A stretch of DNA of 64,000 nucleotides from a virus (taxonomy: Duplodnaviria; Heunggongvirae; Uroviricota; Caudoviricetes), in the IMG/VR virus record IMGVR_UViG_3300010373_001364, positions 48,116 to 112,115 of that record; one strand, written 5' to 3'. Within the stretch, counting starts at the first letter, position 1. Each line of letters begins with the position of its first letter. The translations under genes were made by a program, and so were the position numbers. Under the pieces are notes generated by a model, which was not told where the DNA came from, searched no databases, and was given only the letters and a program-made list of their open reading frames with translations. Shown piece by piece: positions 7,306 to 17,460 of this stretch.

Positions 7306-8352
7306 TTATTCTATGCCGCCCAAGGCAGCACGAACATTGTTGGCGAACTCATCATCCACCAGAGGATCATCCTCTACATTCACATCCGGCAGCGCGGAAG
7401 TGACGGTCTGCGCCTTCGGGGCGTGGTGGGTCTGAGCAGGAGCAGAAGGCACATTAGCAGGGACGCTAACGCTAACACCATTACTGCTCTCTTCGGTCAA
7501 GAAAGAATCATCAAAGCTCTTGCGGGGGTCAACTTCATAACCCTCAAAGACACGGATGTGACGCTTCATCTCCTCGACAGCCAGGACAGTGCGGAGAGCA
7601 TGAACATCATTCAGGCTACCTAACCACTTCTGGATCAAGGCATCATCCTCGCTCACCGGACAAGGATCTTCCCATTCAGAGCCGCCGTACTCAGGGAACT
7701 GACCGCCCGGCTTCATCTCCTTAACAACCTTGAGGTTGCGACCGTTGATAGGGTGGAAGACGTTGCCTTTTGGTTTCTTGTTCATTTCCTTGTTACCTAG
7801 GACGGCTTCAAGGATACGGGTGTGAATCTGGACACCACAAGAGTAGATCAGCGGACCATCTTCAGGAGACTGACCCGTATGCGGGTGGCTATCAAGCACG
7901 ATGGCGTTGTAGTAATACTTCTCCTGGGGCTTGATAGCCTGAGCCTTCGCCTTCAACTGCTTGGCGAGATCCTCATTGCCCTCGGCGACCGCCTTATCCA
8001 TCAGGCGATACAGGTGATTGTAGTAGTCGCAGAAGAAGCAATCTCCGACGAACTTGCGACCCTGCAAAGTACGACCACAGTAAAGGTTGTTAGCCTTCTT
8101 CTGCTCACGATCTTCCATCGTTGCAAGGTTGTGAACACGGCAAGCTGCGTAGGGTAGCTTATGTCCAGAAAGAGGGGGGAGCAAGCGAAGAGTTACATAG
8201 CCGCTGGCTTTTGGCATCTTCACGAACTTGTCGAGAAAGCCGCCAGTCTTCTTTACAGCACCGGGCTTCTTGTCCACTGTAACGCGGGTGAACTCCTCTT
8301 GAAGCGCAGACATATCGAAATCGAAGTTGTTCATGTTTCCTCCAGTAATCAA
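7306..8352 (-). CDS. single-stranded DNA-binding protein, T4 gp32-like
   Basis: LRLLPP, C-x-x-C, KYYYNAIV, GRNLKVVK, acidic C-tail; next to recA. Confidence 0.75.
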   Translation of the reverse strand: MITGGNMNNFDFDMSALQEEFTRVTVDKKPGAVKKTGGFLDKFVKMPKASGYVTLRLLPPLSGHKLPYAACRVHNLATMEDREQKKANNLYCGRTLQGRKFVGDCFFCDYYNHLYRLMDKAVAEGNEDLAKQLKAKAQAIKPQEKYYYNAIVLDSHPHTGQSPEDGPLIYSCGVQIHTRILEAVLGNKEMNKKPKGNVFHPINGRNLKVVKEMKPGGQFPEYGGSEWEDPCPVSEDDALIQKWLGSLNDVHALRTVLAVEEMKRHIRVFEGYEVDPRKSFDDSFLTEESSNGVSVSVPANVPSAPAQTHHAPKAQTVTSALPDVNVEDDPLVDDEFANNVRAALGGIE

Positions 8353-8466
8353 AAGTTAGTCAAAAGTTACGCTGGTAGTTAACGGTTGTTGGCAACAGTT
8401 AGCATTCAGTTACACAAGTATATATGCGCTGTCACCTGTTTTGCAACTCGTACCTCGAAAAAATCT

Positions 8467-8811
8467 TCAAGGTGTTTTTGGGATAAAAGCAACATCGGCG
8501 CACGCCTTCAGCCCATGTGCCATCAAGTTGCCCCTGCCCGCCAGAACGCCTTTCAATCTTTCGAGTTCAGCCTTCACAGCGGCGTAGTCATCTTGCTTTC
8601 TCTCGGCAAGTTCTGCTTCTGTGGCGGCTAGTTTCCTCTTGGTTTCCTCCAGTTCCTTCTGAAGCTCTTGGTGTTGCTTATACAACACCCACTGACCTTG
8701 CTTGCCCCAGATAGGAACATTTGGGTCGGTGAAATCAACAATTGGATTGACTTCACCGTCCTTCACCATACATGCTGGGGGAAACTTCTCGCGGACATCA
8801 CTGCTGCTCAT
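8467..8811 (-). CDS. hypothetical coiled-coil protein
   Basis: Likely start MSSSDV at 8811 after SD GAAGGAGG. Confidence 0.65.
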   Translation of the reverse strand: MSSSDVREKFPPACMVKDGEVNPIVDFTDPNVPIWGKQGQWVLYKQHQELQKELEETKRKLAATEAELAERKQDDYAAVKAELERLKGVLAGRGNLMAHGLKACADVAFIPKTP

Positions 8812-9223
8812 CCTTCGCCTCCTTCTTCTGTTCTTCATTAGACGCTGGGTTCGGGATAAAAACAACATCTGCTGATGCACCAAGCTTGCCGCCGCTGTCC
8901 TCTGGACTTTCTTCAGGAACGCCCATCATATTCATCATCGGAGCATTTTTCTGCGCTTCCTCTAGCATCTCCTGTTCTTTCTGGAGCGCCTCTAGGATTT
9001 GATAGTTGTGTTCCAACTGGTTGATCACGTCCTGCTCGTCAACCTTCTGGTTTCGGATCGTCCTGCCCTCAAGCTTATTAGTCACACGCTGAATCTCCCG
9101 CTGTTCCTTTTCTTTGTCACGCTCCTCCTTGACCTTAGCGCGGAGCGCTGTGCGGCGGACCTCCAGCTTCTTTTTAACTTCCTTTTCTCGCTTTTTCTTC
9201 TTTTCAAATGACTTGGTACTCAT
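8798..9223 (-). CDS. hypothetical basic/coiled-coil protein
   Basis: Co-oriented; shares a C-terminal motif (A.ADV.FIP) with the neighbouring ORF 8467..8811. Confidence 0.7.
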   Translation of the reverse strand: MSTKSFEKKKKREKEVKKKLEVRRTALRAKVKEERDKEKEQREIQRVTNKLEGRTIRNQKVDEQDVINQLEHNYQILEALQKEQEMLEEAQKNAPMMNMMGVPEESPEDSGGKLGASADVVFIPNPASNEEQKKEAKDEQQ

Positions 9224-9224
9224 G

Positions 9225-9434
9225 TTACCTCGCTACAATCGGGAACGTATCTTGCTCATTAAAGACAACTCGATTCACAGTGAAAGTTTCCCCTGGTACG
9301 CCCAACCACTCAGGGGCAATTTGTCTCTTGACCTTGAGAACGGCGTCAGAGTTGTCAAAAGCATCCTTCACTAGGAAGTCCCTTTTTCCGGTCTGAAGCT
9401 TACTGCTTTTCCAAGTTACGACGTACAGTTCCAT
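9225..9434 (-). CDS. small hypothetical protein
   Basis: Tightly packed in operon. Confidence 0.65.
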   Translation of the reverse strand: MELYVVTWKSSKLQTGKRDFLVKDAFDNSDAVLKVKRQIAPEWLGVPGETFTVNRVVFNEQDTFPIVAR

Positions 9435-10375
9435 TACCTTCTCCTACCAAGGGTGTAGATGTCTGGGAGGTTCATAATCTTACCATTGACCTGAACCTGA
9501 TTGTCCTCAACCGCAACGCGGGTGATGTGATTCGGGCGAGCATCAGCATCGAAGTTGTTAGTCAGATTCTGAACTGGTACAAAGTGCTTGTCATTCAAAG
9601 CACGACGGTTGCCTTGGTCATCTTCGGTGACATAAATCATACCAAAGACAACACCACGTCTGTCCGGTTTTTCTTCGTAAATCGGATACCTCTTGCCAAT
9701 GGTAAACGGCAATCTCTTCTGGGCAGCAACTCTTGCCAGGTCTGGGTGTGGATCGTATGACTCCCAACGCAGCGGTGTACCTGCCGGTGGCAGGATGGGG
9801 CGCATACGTTCGCTTGGGTTAACAGGACGCTGTTGTTGTGCCTGAACCATGTGATGTTGACGAAGCTCTGCTTGAACCTCTGGAGGCAAGTGGGACAAAT
9901 CCTGTTGCGGTTGTTGTTGAATAGGCTGCGGCATTGGTTGTACAGCCTGGAGCGCACGCTGTTGTTGCTGGAGCAATTCGTGAGGCTCCAAAACATGACC
10001 ACCCTGGCTGATGACAGGTTGGGTAGGCAAAACCATTTGCTGCTGAGGCATCATCACTGGAATTTCAAATGCTTCATCGGAAGACTTAATAGCACCAGTA
10101 ATATCATAGCTGAACTTCCTGTTCTTGATAGAAATACCATCATCCTTCATCTTGAAGGACACCTTTTTCTTGGTGTATTCGTAGATTTCAGCATCTACGA
10201 TTAAGATATTTCTCTTAGCCATCTGACCGAAGACCGACTTGGCAACCTCGTCAAGGTCTACGTCGTCCCATTGCTTGCCGACAGCAACCTTCATCACTTC
10301 CGGCTCGCCCTCGGTATCGTAACCGAAACCTTCAGTTTTCTTCTTGTAATACTTGAAATGAACTTCAAATCCCAT
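9434..10375 (-). CDS. hypothetical protein with Q/P-rich linker
   Basis: 313 aa; two globular regions separated by a Gln/Pro-rich segment. Confidence 0.75.
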   Translation of the reverse strand: MGFEVHFKYYKKKTEGFGYDTEGEPEVMKVAVGKQWDDVDLDEVAKSVFGQMAKRNILIVDAEIYEYTKKKVSFKMKDDGISIKNRKFSYDITGAIKSSDEAFEIPVMMPQQQMVLPTQPVISQGGHVLEPHELLQQQQRALQAVQPMPQPIQQQPQQDLSHLPPEVQAELRQHHMVQAQQQRPVNPSERMRPILPPAGTPLRWESYDPHPDLARVAAQKRLPFTIGKRYPIYEEKPDRRGVVFGMIYVTEDDQGNRRALNDKHFVPVQNLTNNFDADARPNHITRVAVEDNQVQVNGKIMNLPDIYTLGRRR

Positions 10376-10397
10376 AATCGCCTCTGATCTAATCTAG

Positions 10398-11030
10398 TTA
10401 TCTTTGTAAGATTCCCGTCCCTCTGTAAGTATCAAATACAAAGGGTTCTCGGCTTTGCAACTTACAGAACAACTCATAAGCTGCCTTGGCGGGTGTTTCG
10501 CTCAAGTGATCTATGATAATCAATCCGCCGTGCATCATCTGATTCCACACTAAGTCTAGGTATGCACGGTAGGTCTGCTCTTTCTTGCCGCCATCGCAAA
10601 TGATCACACAGTCCCATTTGCGTAGAAGCACCATCTTGACGAACTCTGGGTCCGTTTCATCTCCGACCCACAGGTCGAATTTCTTGCGGAGGATGTTATG
10701 GATGTTAGAGACTCCCAGCCGTTTCGTGTAGTATTGGTTGTCTTTTTTACGGAACGCTAGAAGTGACTCGATCCCGCCACACCCGTCGATGAAACATCCA
10801 CTAGGCATACCAAGATCAAAACCGAACTCGATTAGGTTCTTTGCTCCTTTAAGGAGTCTACCAAGCTGGTAGTAAAAGGGCATGTAGGTGGGATCGCCGT
10901 GAACTGAGGATGGCAACCCCACCTTAAACTTGCTTTGCAATACTTTCGCAGGTAATGCACCTATTTCAAGCTTTCTATTGATCCTTCTTCTCAGGTCTTG
11001 CAATGCTATCATGGTTCGCAACTGGTTCAA
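10398..11030 (-). CDS. class I SAM-dependent methyltransferase-like protein
   Basis: LIEFGFDLG motif-I-like, WDCVIICD, GGLIIIDH, YRGTGI. Confidence 0.6.
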   Translation of the reverse strand: MNQLRTMIALQDLRRRINRKLEIGALPAKVLQSKFKVGLPSSVHGDPTYMPFYYQLGRLLKGAKNLIEFGFDLGMPSGCFIDGCGGIESLLAFRKKDNQYYTKRLGVSNIHNILRKKFDLWVGDETDPEFVKMVLLRKWDCVIICDGGKKEQTYRAYLDLVWNQMMHGGLIIIDHLSETPAKAAYELFCKLQSREPFVFDTYRGTGILQR

Positions 11031-12684
11031 TTGTCATCGTGTCTTGATTCTTGTACTCAATCGCCTCGGCAATCAAGTTTTCAAAGAGCGGATGGGGAAT
11101 ATCCAGCCGACTCTTGAATTCAGGATGAAACTGGCAACCGATAAAGAAAGGATGGATCTTACGATCCAGTTCCATGATCTCGATGAGATCACTACCGGGG
11201 TTGGTGCCGGAAACCAGCAGACCCCGGTCAGAAAAGGCGGACGCATACTTTCCATTCACTTCGTATCGGTGCCGGTGACGTTCACTTACGGACTTCTTCT
11301 TGTAGATATTGTGGGCAATACTATTTTTCACAAGTGAACATTCATAAGCACCAAGTCGAAGAGTCCCGCCTTTCCTGCGCACGTCCTTCTGACCTTCGAC
11401 GTAGTGAACTACCATGTCGCCAAAGTCCCGGTCGCCAGCGTTAGTAACAAACTCTTCACTATTTGCCTTGGTGATGTCACATACGTTCCTGGCGAACTCA
11501 ATGACAGCACACTGAAGTCCAAGACAGATACCCAGGAAGGGTATTTTTTTCTCGCGGACATACTGGATCGCTTTGATCTTCCCTTCGATACCGCGATTGT
11601 CAAATCCGCCAGGAACGATCACGCAATGTATGTTCTCAAAATACTTATTTAAGCCACGAAGGGTAGTGTATTCCTCCAGTTTCTCGGCTTCAATCCAGTG
11701 GATATTAACCTTGCTGGAATTGGCGACTCCAGCATGGTAGATCGCCTCTTTAAGACTCATGTAAGCATCTGGCATCTTAGCATATTTGCCAATAATACCG
11801 ATGTTGACCTCTGGCATATCCATGCCATCAACATATCTCTCCACCAACTCACGCCACTTGTGGATGCGGACACCGTTTCTCTTTAGTTTGAAGCGGTCAG
11901 CAATAAAGTCATCAATGTGTCGTTCAAAGAAGCACAACGGCACTTGATAGACGGATTGAACATCAGGAGCATCGAAGATGGCGTCCATAGAGACGCTGGT
12001 GAGATGACTTATTTTCTCCAGCATCTTCTTGGGGATTTCTCTATCGTTGTCGATGCGGCAGAGTAGCATGTCGGGCTGAAGCCCGAAACGCTGAAGCTCA
12101 CGAATACTATTTTGCAGGGGCTTGGTCTTCAATTCTTTGATCGTATCCATCCACAATACCGGGGCGACGTGGACGAGGAGAAAATTACTCTCACCAAGCT
12201 TCTGCTTGTATTGGCGAATTGCCTCATAGAAGTGACCGGACTCAAAGTCGCCCACCGTACCGCCGATCTCGGCGATCACGACATCGGCACTTTCGCCAAG
12301 TTCTGTTAGGCGATCTTGGATCTTATCGGTGACGTGTGGCACAATCTGGACGGTCTGCCCCATGAACTTGCCCTCAACTTCGTCGTTAAAGATGCCAGAG
12401 AAGAGAGAGCCGTTGGTGCAAATGTTTTTGTGAGAGACTTCAATACCAGTGATGCGTTCATAGTGTCCCAGGTCCAAATCAGTTTCACTCCCATCGTCAC
12501 ACAGGAACACCTCACCGTGTTGAAATGGGGATAGAAGCGAAGCAGAAAGGTTGAGATAAGGGTCAAACTTGATGACCTGTACCTTCTCTCCTCTCATCCT
12601 CATGAGAAGACCAATCGATGCCGCGCTGATGCCCTTCCCGATACCACTCACTACCCCGCCGCTCACAACAATATATTTGCACAT
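10975..12684 (-). CDS. pyrG: CTP synthase
   Basis: GGVVSGIGKG, KFDPYLN, HGEVF, GICLGLQ (Cys), RHRHRYE, QFHPEF. Confidence 0.97.
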   Translation of the reverse strand: MCKYIVVSGGVVSGIGKGISAASIGLLMRMRGEKVQVIKFDPYLNLSASLLSPFQHGEVFLCDDGSETDLDLGHYERITGIEVSHKNICTNGSLFSGIFNDEVEGKFMGQTVQIVPHVTDKIQDRLTELGESADVVIAEIGGTVGDFESGHFYEAIRQYKQKLGESNFLLVHVAPVLWMDTIKELKTKPLQNSIRELQRFGLQPDMLLCRIDNDREIPKKMLEKISHLTSVSMDAIFDAPDVQSVYQVPLCFFERHIDDFIADRFKLKRNGVRIHKWRELVERYVDGMDMPEVNIGIIGKYAKMPDAYMSLKEAIYHAGVANSSKVNIHWIEAEKLEEYTTLRGLNKYFENIHCVIVPGGFDNRGIEGKIKAIQYVREKKIPFLGICLGLQCAVIEFARNVCDITKANSEEFVTNAGDRDFGDMVVHYVEGQKDVRRKGGTLRLGAYECSLVKNSIAHNIYKKKSVSERHRHRYEVNGKYASAFSDRGLLVSGTNPGSDLIEIMELDRKIHPFFIGCQFHPEFKSRLDIPHPLFENLIAEAIEYKNQDTMTIEPVANHDSIARPEKKDQ

Positions 12685-12710
12685 CTACTCTTACCCTTGT
12701 AAACAAAGGG

Positions 12711-12728
12711 GGCGGCAGTTATGCCGCC
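12711..12728 (-). terminator. hairpin, possible terminator
   Basis: GGCGGCA-GTTA-TGCCGCC. Confidence 0.45.
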
Positions 12729-12738
12729 ACCCACCATC

Positions 12739-13026
12739 TCACAAACGATCCATGTTAATTCCGACGCTTGCAGCCATATTTCTTATGGTGGTGCTATTCC
12801 ATGCCTCTGATCCAGCAGAGCGGATCAAGTCCATGACCCTGCTGTACTCTTTTGGATCTACCTCTTCTTTAGCACCACTACCGCTGCTCAACTTCCTCTT
12901 GGCTCTGTTCCAAAAGAAGTCAGACCTCTCATTGGGTTTACCGGCTTCTTCCCACATGAGGTACGCCTCTAACTGGATATCCTCATCGGCGGGTTCATGT
13001 GGTCGCTTCTTGTAGTATCTAAACAT
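12739..13026 (-). CDS. DUF2934-like domain protein
   Basis: IQLEAYLMWEEAGKPNERSDFFWNRA. Confidence 0.7.
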   Translation of the reverse strand: MFRYYKKRPHEPADEDIQLEAYLMWEEAGKPNERSDFFWNRAKRKLSSGSGAKEEVDPKEYSRVMDLIRSAGSEAWNSTTIRNMAASVGINMDRL

Positions 13027-13035
13027 TGCTCCTCC

Positions 13036-14046
13036 TTAATCCCAATTCAAACCGCCAACTTGATACTCAGTGACCCGCGTTTCAAAGAAGTTCTTTTCCT
13101 TGATCAGGTCCACTGATTGACTCATCCAGGGGAAAGGGTTTTGTACGCCATAGTGCTTTGGCATACCAAGTCGCTCCAACCTCCTATCGGTGATGTATTC
13201 AACATAAGCGCAAAACTGTTCAGCATTGATGCCAAGAAGACCTTGAGGGCAAGCATCGTGGGCGTACTCACACTCTAAACAAACTGCATGAGAGATTAAG
13301 GTAGCAATCTCCTTCTCCAGTTCGGGAGTCCAAGCGCCCGGCTCCTCTTGGCGGATGGTGTTAATCAACTCCACACCAAAAGCAAGATGGATTGATTCGT
13401 CCCTCATGATGAACTCAAACTGTTCACCGGCACCAATCATCTTTTTCTGACGCTTAAGGGCAAGCATCATGGCAAATCCCGCATAGAAGAAGATGCCTTC
13501 CATGATAACGTAGTAACCAATCAAGTCTTTCAGGAATGAACGGACCTGTTCAGTACGCGCCTTGAAGCCTTCCGGTTGAATGCAAAAAGTGTGATCGAAG
13601 ATGGTCTTCGTAATATCAACCACAAAATCGTCTTTCGTCTTGATGGACGGGATGGTTTGATACATGGCATAAACACCATCAGGGTCCAAACCAAGGGTAT
13701 CACAGCAGTAGATGAAAGTGTCTGTGTGAATCGCCTCTTCATAAGCCTGCCGTAGCAAATACTGTCGGCAAGCAGGATCGGTGATGTGCCGGTAAATAGC
13801 CAACACAATGTTATTGGCAGTCAAGCTCTCAGCCGTGGAAAAGAAACCCAGATTCCATATAATGAGGCGGCGTTCTTCCTCTGTTAGGGCGTCGGGCGAT
13901 TTCCACATCTCCACGTCATCCTGCATGGCTACCTCTTCAGGCACCCAATTATTTGCAACACCAGCCTTGTAATACTCGCGTGCCCAAGGGTACTTGATCG
14001 GTAGAATCTTGTTGGGGTCAGTCTTACCCCCGCTCAGTAATCCCAT
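13036..14046 (-). CDS. nrdB: ribonucleotide reductase class I beta subunit (class Ic/R2c-like)
   Basis: FFSTAES, EEAIHTDTF, EGIFFYAGF, RDESIH, NFFETRVTEY. Confidence 0.95.
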   Translation of the reverse strand: MGLLSGGKTDPNKILPIKYPWAREYYKAGVANNWVPEEVAMQDDVEMWKSPDALTEEERRLIIWNLGFFSTAESLTANNIVLAIYRHITDPACRQYLLRQAYEEAIHTDTFIYCCDTLGLDPDGVYAMYQTIPSIKTKDDFVVDITKTIFDHTFCIQPEGFKARTEQVRSFLKDLIGYYVIMEGIFFYAGFAMMLALKRQKKMIGAGEQFEFIMRDESIHLAFGVELINTIRQEEPGAWTPELEKEIATLISHAVCLECEYAHDACPQGLLGINAEQFCAYVEYITDRRLERLGMPKHYGVQNPFPWMSQSVDLIKEKNFFETRVTEYQVGGLNWD

Positions 14047-14070
14047 TCCTCTCCTCCATTTGTTATAAAC

Positions 14071-14409
14071 TTACTCGCTCTGCTGCTCTGGTTGACGCCA
14101 TACATCCGAGTCCACCCGACGAGCCACCCTCATTGCTAACTTCTGCTGTGCCATGTGGATCGCATAATTGAACTCCGTCAGATCGTGGGGGATATGATTT
14201 TCCAACGCCACGAACTTCGCCCAAGCTTCCTTCAGATGATTAAGCACTTCTTTCTCCTCATCTGTCAAGCCCCGGTGCGGACCAGGGGCGTAGTAGTTGA
14301 AAGAAGACGGTAGGTGGGACGATATGTTTTCTAATGTCAATGGTGGACTTGGAAAGTTCCAATTAGGTTGCACATTGCAACCCATGCACGTTGGCTGTTC
14401 AGAACCCAT
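14071..14409 (-). CDS. hypothetical protein
   Basis: Between nrdA and nrdB; helical C-terminal half. Confidence 0.6.
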   Translation of the reverse strand: MGSEQPTCMGCNVQPNWNFPSPPLTLENISSHLPSSFNYYAPGPHRGLTDEEKEVLNHLKEAWAKFVALENHIPHDLTEFNYAIHMAQQKLAMRVARRVDSDVWRQPEQQSE

Positions 14410-14520
14410 AATAGATCAACCTCATGATTACAAAATAGGCGATAACCAAAGCACCAACCGGAACTCCGAGTATGATAAAACACACTAGGAATTCCAGGGT
14501 ACTTACATCATTTTTGTCTT

Positions 14521-17331
14521 TCACTGACAAGCCTCACAGTGAGGATCATCAATCCGGCACACCTTGACCGCAGGAATATCTTCTTCACGTTTCTGCGTCA
14601 AGCCGTACTTAGTGTCCAAGGTGGCTTTCTCAACACCAGATACACCCAGAGTACGCAAGTAGTAGGTAGTCTTTAGACCCTTCCTCCAAGCGTGCATATA
14701 AATCTCAGACAAAAGCTTGCCGCTGTTGTGGGCTACGAAGACGTTGTGAGACTGACTCTGGTCAATCCATTTGCTGCGCAGAGCCGTCAGGTCGATGGCA
14801 CGTTTCTGATCAATCTCCCAAACTTCCTTGTACTTGGCACGCAAGCGCAGCGGAATCTTATCGATCTTCTGGATGCTACCATTGTGGTACTTGATCAGGT
14901 CCAGCATTTCCTTGTTCCAAAGACCCTCTTTTTTCAAGTCTTCAACTAAGAACTCATTAACTACCGTGAATTCACCAGACATATTTGCCTTGGTGAAAAG
15001 ATTCTTGAAGGTGGCTTCACCATTAGGACCAAGAACGCAGGCGATGTTGCCAATGGTAGCGGTAGGCGCTACAGCCATTACGTTAGAGTTACGCATACCG
15101 TGAAGACTTACATGCGACTTTAGAAAATCCCAATCAAGGCGGCTTCTGCGATCAACCTCAACAGGAATGCCACGCTCCTTTTCCAGAAGATCAATTGTAT
15201 CTAACGGGAAAATGCCACGATCCCATTTAGATCCCTTGTAAGTCTCATAGCAACCACGTTCCTGAGCCAAAATAGATGAGGACCAGATAGCGTGGTAGGC
15301 GATGAACTCCTGAAGCTCGTCTACGAAGTCATCAGCCTCTTCATAGCGAATATCAGCAAGGAAGAGTGCATCTTGAAGACCCATAAAACCAAGACCCACA
15401 GGGCGATGGCGTAGATTAGAAGCTTTGGCTTCAGGAACCGGATAGAAGTTGATATCGATTACATTATCGAGCATCCTCATCGCCGTCTCGATGGTGGTCT
15501 TCAGCAAATCCCAATTCACTTCCCAGGTCCAATCGTCGGCATGGATACTGTGTTCCTTCATGAACATATGGCGATAGATGTTTAAGCTGCCCAAATTGCA
15601 CACTGCAATCTCGCCCAACTCTTTGACCGTCCGATCCTCATTCAGCTTCGTCGGGGTCGTATTAAGGGTGATCTCTGTGCAGAGATTGCTGTTATGGACA
15701 ACACCAACATGGTCTTGTGGGCTGCGGATATTGCAAGAGTCTTTGAAAGTCAACCACGGATGACCCGTCTCAAAAAGCATGGTCAACATCTTGCGCCACA
15801 ATTTCACCGCCTCCACAACCTTGTAACGGCGGATGTTGCCCGACTTCACCTGCTTCTCATAGTAGGTGTAGCGCTCCTCAAATTTCTTGCCGTAGATGTG
15901 ATGCAAATCCGGCACCTCATCTGGAGAAAATAGAGTCCAAACCCCGTCCTCAGAAACTCGCTTCATGAACAGGTCGGGAATCCAGTTTGCTGTGTTCATG
16001 TCAGCAGTACGACGGCGCTCATCGCCCGTGTTCTTCCTCAAGTCGAGAAAGTCCTCAATGTCGAGGTGCCAGGTTTCAAGATAGGCTACAGTGGCACCGC
16101 GCCGCTTACCACTACGGTTAATAGCTACCGTAGTATCATTGGCGATCTTAAGGAACGGAATAACCCCTTGGCTTTCAACCTGGGTGGTCTTGATGGTAGC
16201 GCCCGTGGAACGGACATTTGTCCAGTCGTTGCCAATACCGCCAGACCATTTCGACATCTGGGCATTATCGTCAAACGTCCTGAAGATATGCTTTAGATCA
16301 TCATCGACACTGGACAGATAGCAGGAAGACAACTGCGGACTGGACAAGCCGCTATGGAACAGAGTGGGCGTGGAAGGAATATAAAGAAGTTGCGACATTA
16401 CGTCGTAGAACTCACACGCCTTAGCATTTTTGTCGGCTTCACGAAGGGCTAGACCCATCGCCACTCGCATCCAAAACACCTGGGGCATTTCGATACGGTT
16501 GTTGCCTATCTTGGCAAGGTATCTTTCTTGGAGAGTATGAATGCTGATGTACTTGAGTAGTTCATCACGGTCGAGAACCATGTAATCGGCAAGGTGATCC
16601 AAGTCAAATTCAACCAACTTGGGATCGTAGACACCTGCCCCAACGCCGGCTGAAATGGCTGCACGCAAGGAGTTGCGGTATGCCTTTTGGTATTCCACAG
16701 AGCCACCTTCGGTGGACCTACCGAAAATCTCTTTGCCAAGGCGCTGACGGAAAAACCTGGCGGCAAGCTGGGAATACGCCGGCTCCTGCTCGATAAGCGC
16801 AGTGGCGCTTAAAACAAGAGCCTTATCGATGTCCTCGGACTTCATGTTGTTATAGACGTTTTTGACCGTCTCTTGAAACACCAAGCCCTGATCGACAGGT
16901 AAACCTTTGGCATGTCTTTTGATGTTGTCCTTCAATTTCTTTGGATTAAAAGAAACAACATCACCGTTCTTCTTCTTGACTGTCAAAGTCTTAAGGAAGG
17001 ACAACTTCTTTCGATCTTCGCTTTCCTTTTGTCGCTTCTGAGCGCGATAAAGAATGTAGGACTTGGCGGCATCGAAGAGATTACTCTTCATGAGGTTCTT
17101 CTCAACGAGATCGTGGATGTTCTCCACGTTGAGAAGGATGTCACTGTCCACGAATCTGAGAGCGATCTCCTCTTCAATGGCATTTACTACCTTGGTGACT
17201 TCTTCTTTGTCTATGCCATAGACGGACACCTTGCCAATAGCAATGAACGCCTTTTCGATGGCGTCCTCGATCTTCTTCCTGTTGTACTTGACGACCTCTC
17301 CATCCCTCTTGACAACTTCAATATCAAGCAT
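14521..17331 (-). CDS. nrdA: ribonucleotide reductase class I alpha subunit with two ATP-cones
   Basis: VVKRDG and VKKKNG cone starts, PSTPTL, QLSSC, SNLCTEI, VAPTATI, KTTYYLR; start 17331 after SD AGGAGAGG. Confidence 0.97.
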   Translation of the reverse strand: MLDIEVVKRDGEVVKYNRKKIEDAIEKAFIAIGKVSVYGIDKEEVTKVVNAIEEEIALRFVDSDILLNVENIHDLVEKNLMKSNLFDAAKSYILYRAQKRQKESEDRKKLSFLKTLTVKKKNGDVVSFNPKKLKDNIKRHAKGLPVDQGLVFQETVKNVYNNMKSEDIDKALVLSATALIEQEPAYSQLAARFFRQRLGKEIFGRSTEGGSVEYQKAYRNSLRAAISAGVGAGVYDPKLVEFDLDHLADYMVLDRDELLKYISIHTLQERYLAKIGNNRIEMPQVFWMRVAMGLALREADKNAKACEFYDVMSQLLYIPSTPTLFHSGLSSPQLSSCYLSSVDDDLKHIFRTFDDNAQMSKWSGGIGNDWTNVRSTGATIKTTQVESQGVIPFLKIANDTTVAINRSGKRRGATVAYLETWHLDIEDFLDLRKNTGDERRRTADMNTANWIPDLFMKRVSEDGVWTLFSPDEVPDLHHIYGKKFEERYTYYEKQVKSGNIRRYKVVEAVKLWRKMLTMLFETGHPWLTFKDSCNIRSPQDHVGVVHNSNLCTEITLNTTPTKLNEDRTVKELGEIAVCNLGSLNIYRHMFMKEHSIHADDWTWEVNWDLLKTTIETAMRMLDNVIDINFYPVPEAKASNLRHRPVGLGFMGLQDALFLADIRYEEADDFVDELQEFIAYHAIWSSSILAQERGCYETYKGSKWDRGIFPLDTIDLLEKERGIPVEVDRRSRLDWDFLKSHVSLHGMRNSNVMAVAPTATIGNIACVLGPNGEATFKNLFTKANMSGEFTVVNEFLVEDLKKEGLWNKEMLDLIKYHNGSIQKIDKIPLRLRAKYKEVWEIDQKRAIDLTALRSKWIDQSQSHNVFVAHNSGKLLSEIYMHAWRKGLKTTYYLRTLGVSGVEKATLDTKYGLTQKREEDIPAVKVCRIDDPHCEACQ

Positions 17332-17460
17332 TATTGCACCTCTCCTGTCACTTACACTTTTGGGTGCAGGTATTGTAGACACAAGTAACTCCATTTTACC
17401 CATGAAAGCGTACTGACACCACCCCAACGTCGTAAATAGATGTGGGGAGGCAAGTTAGCT

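Noticed and set aside
14071-14409. Acb2/Tad-type anti-defence sponge
   Set aside because: Only a generic helical-hairpin resemblance; no motif I can match with confidence.
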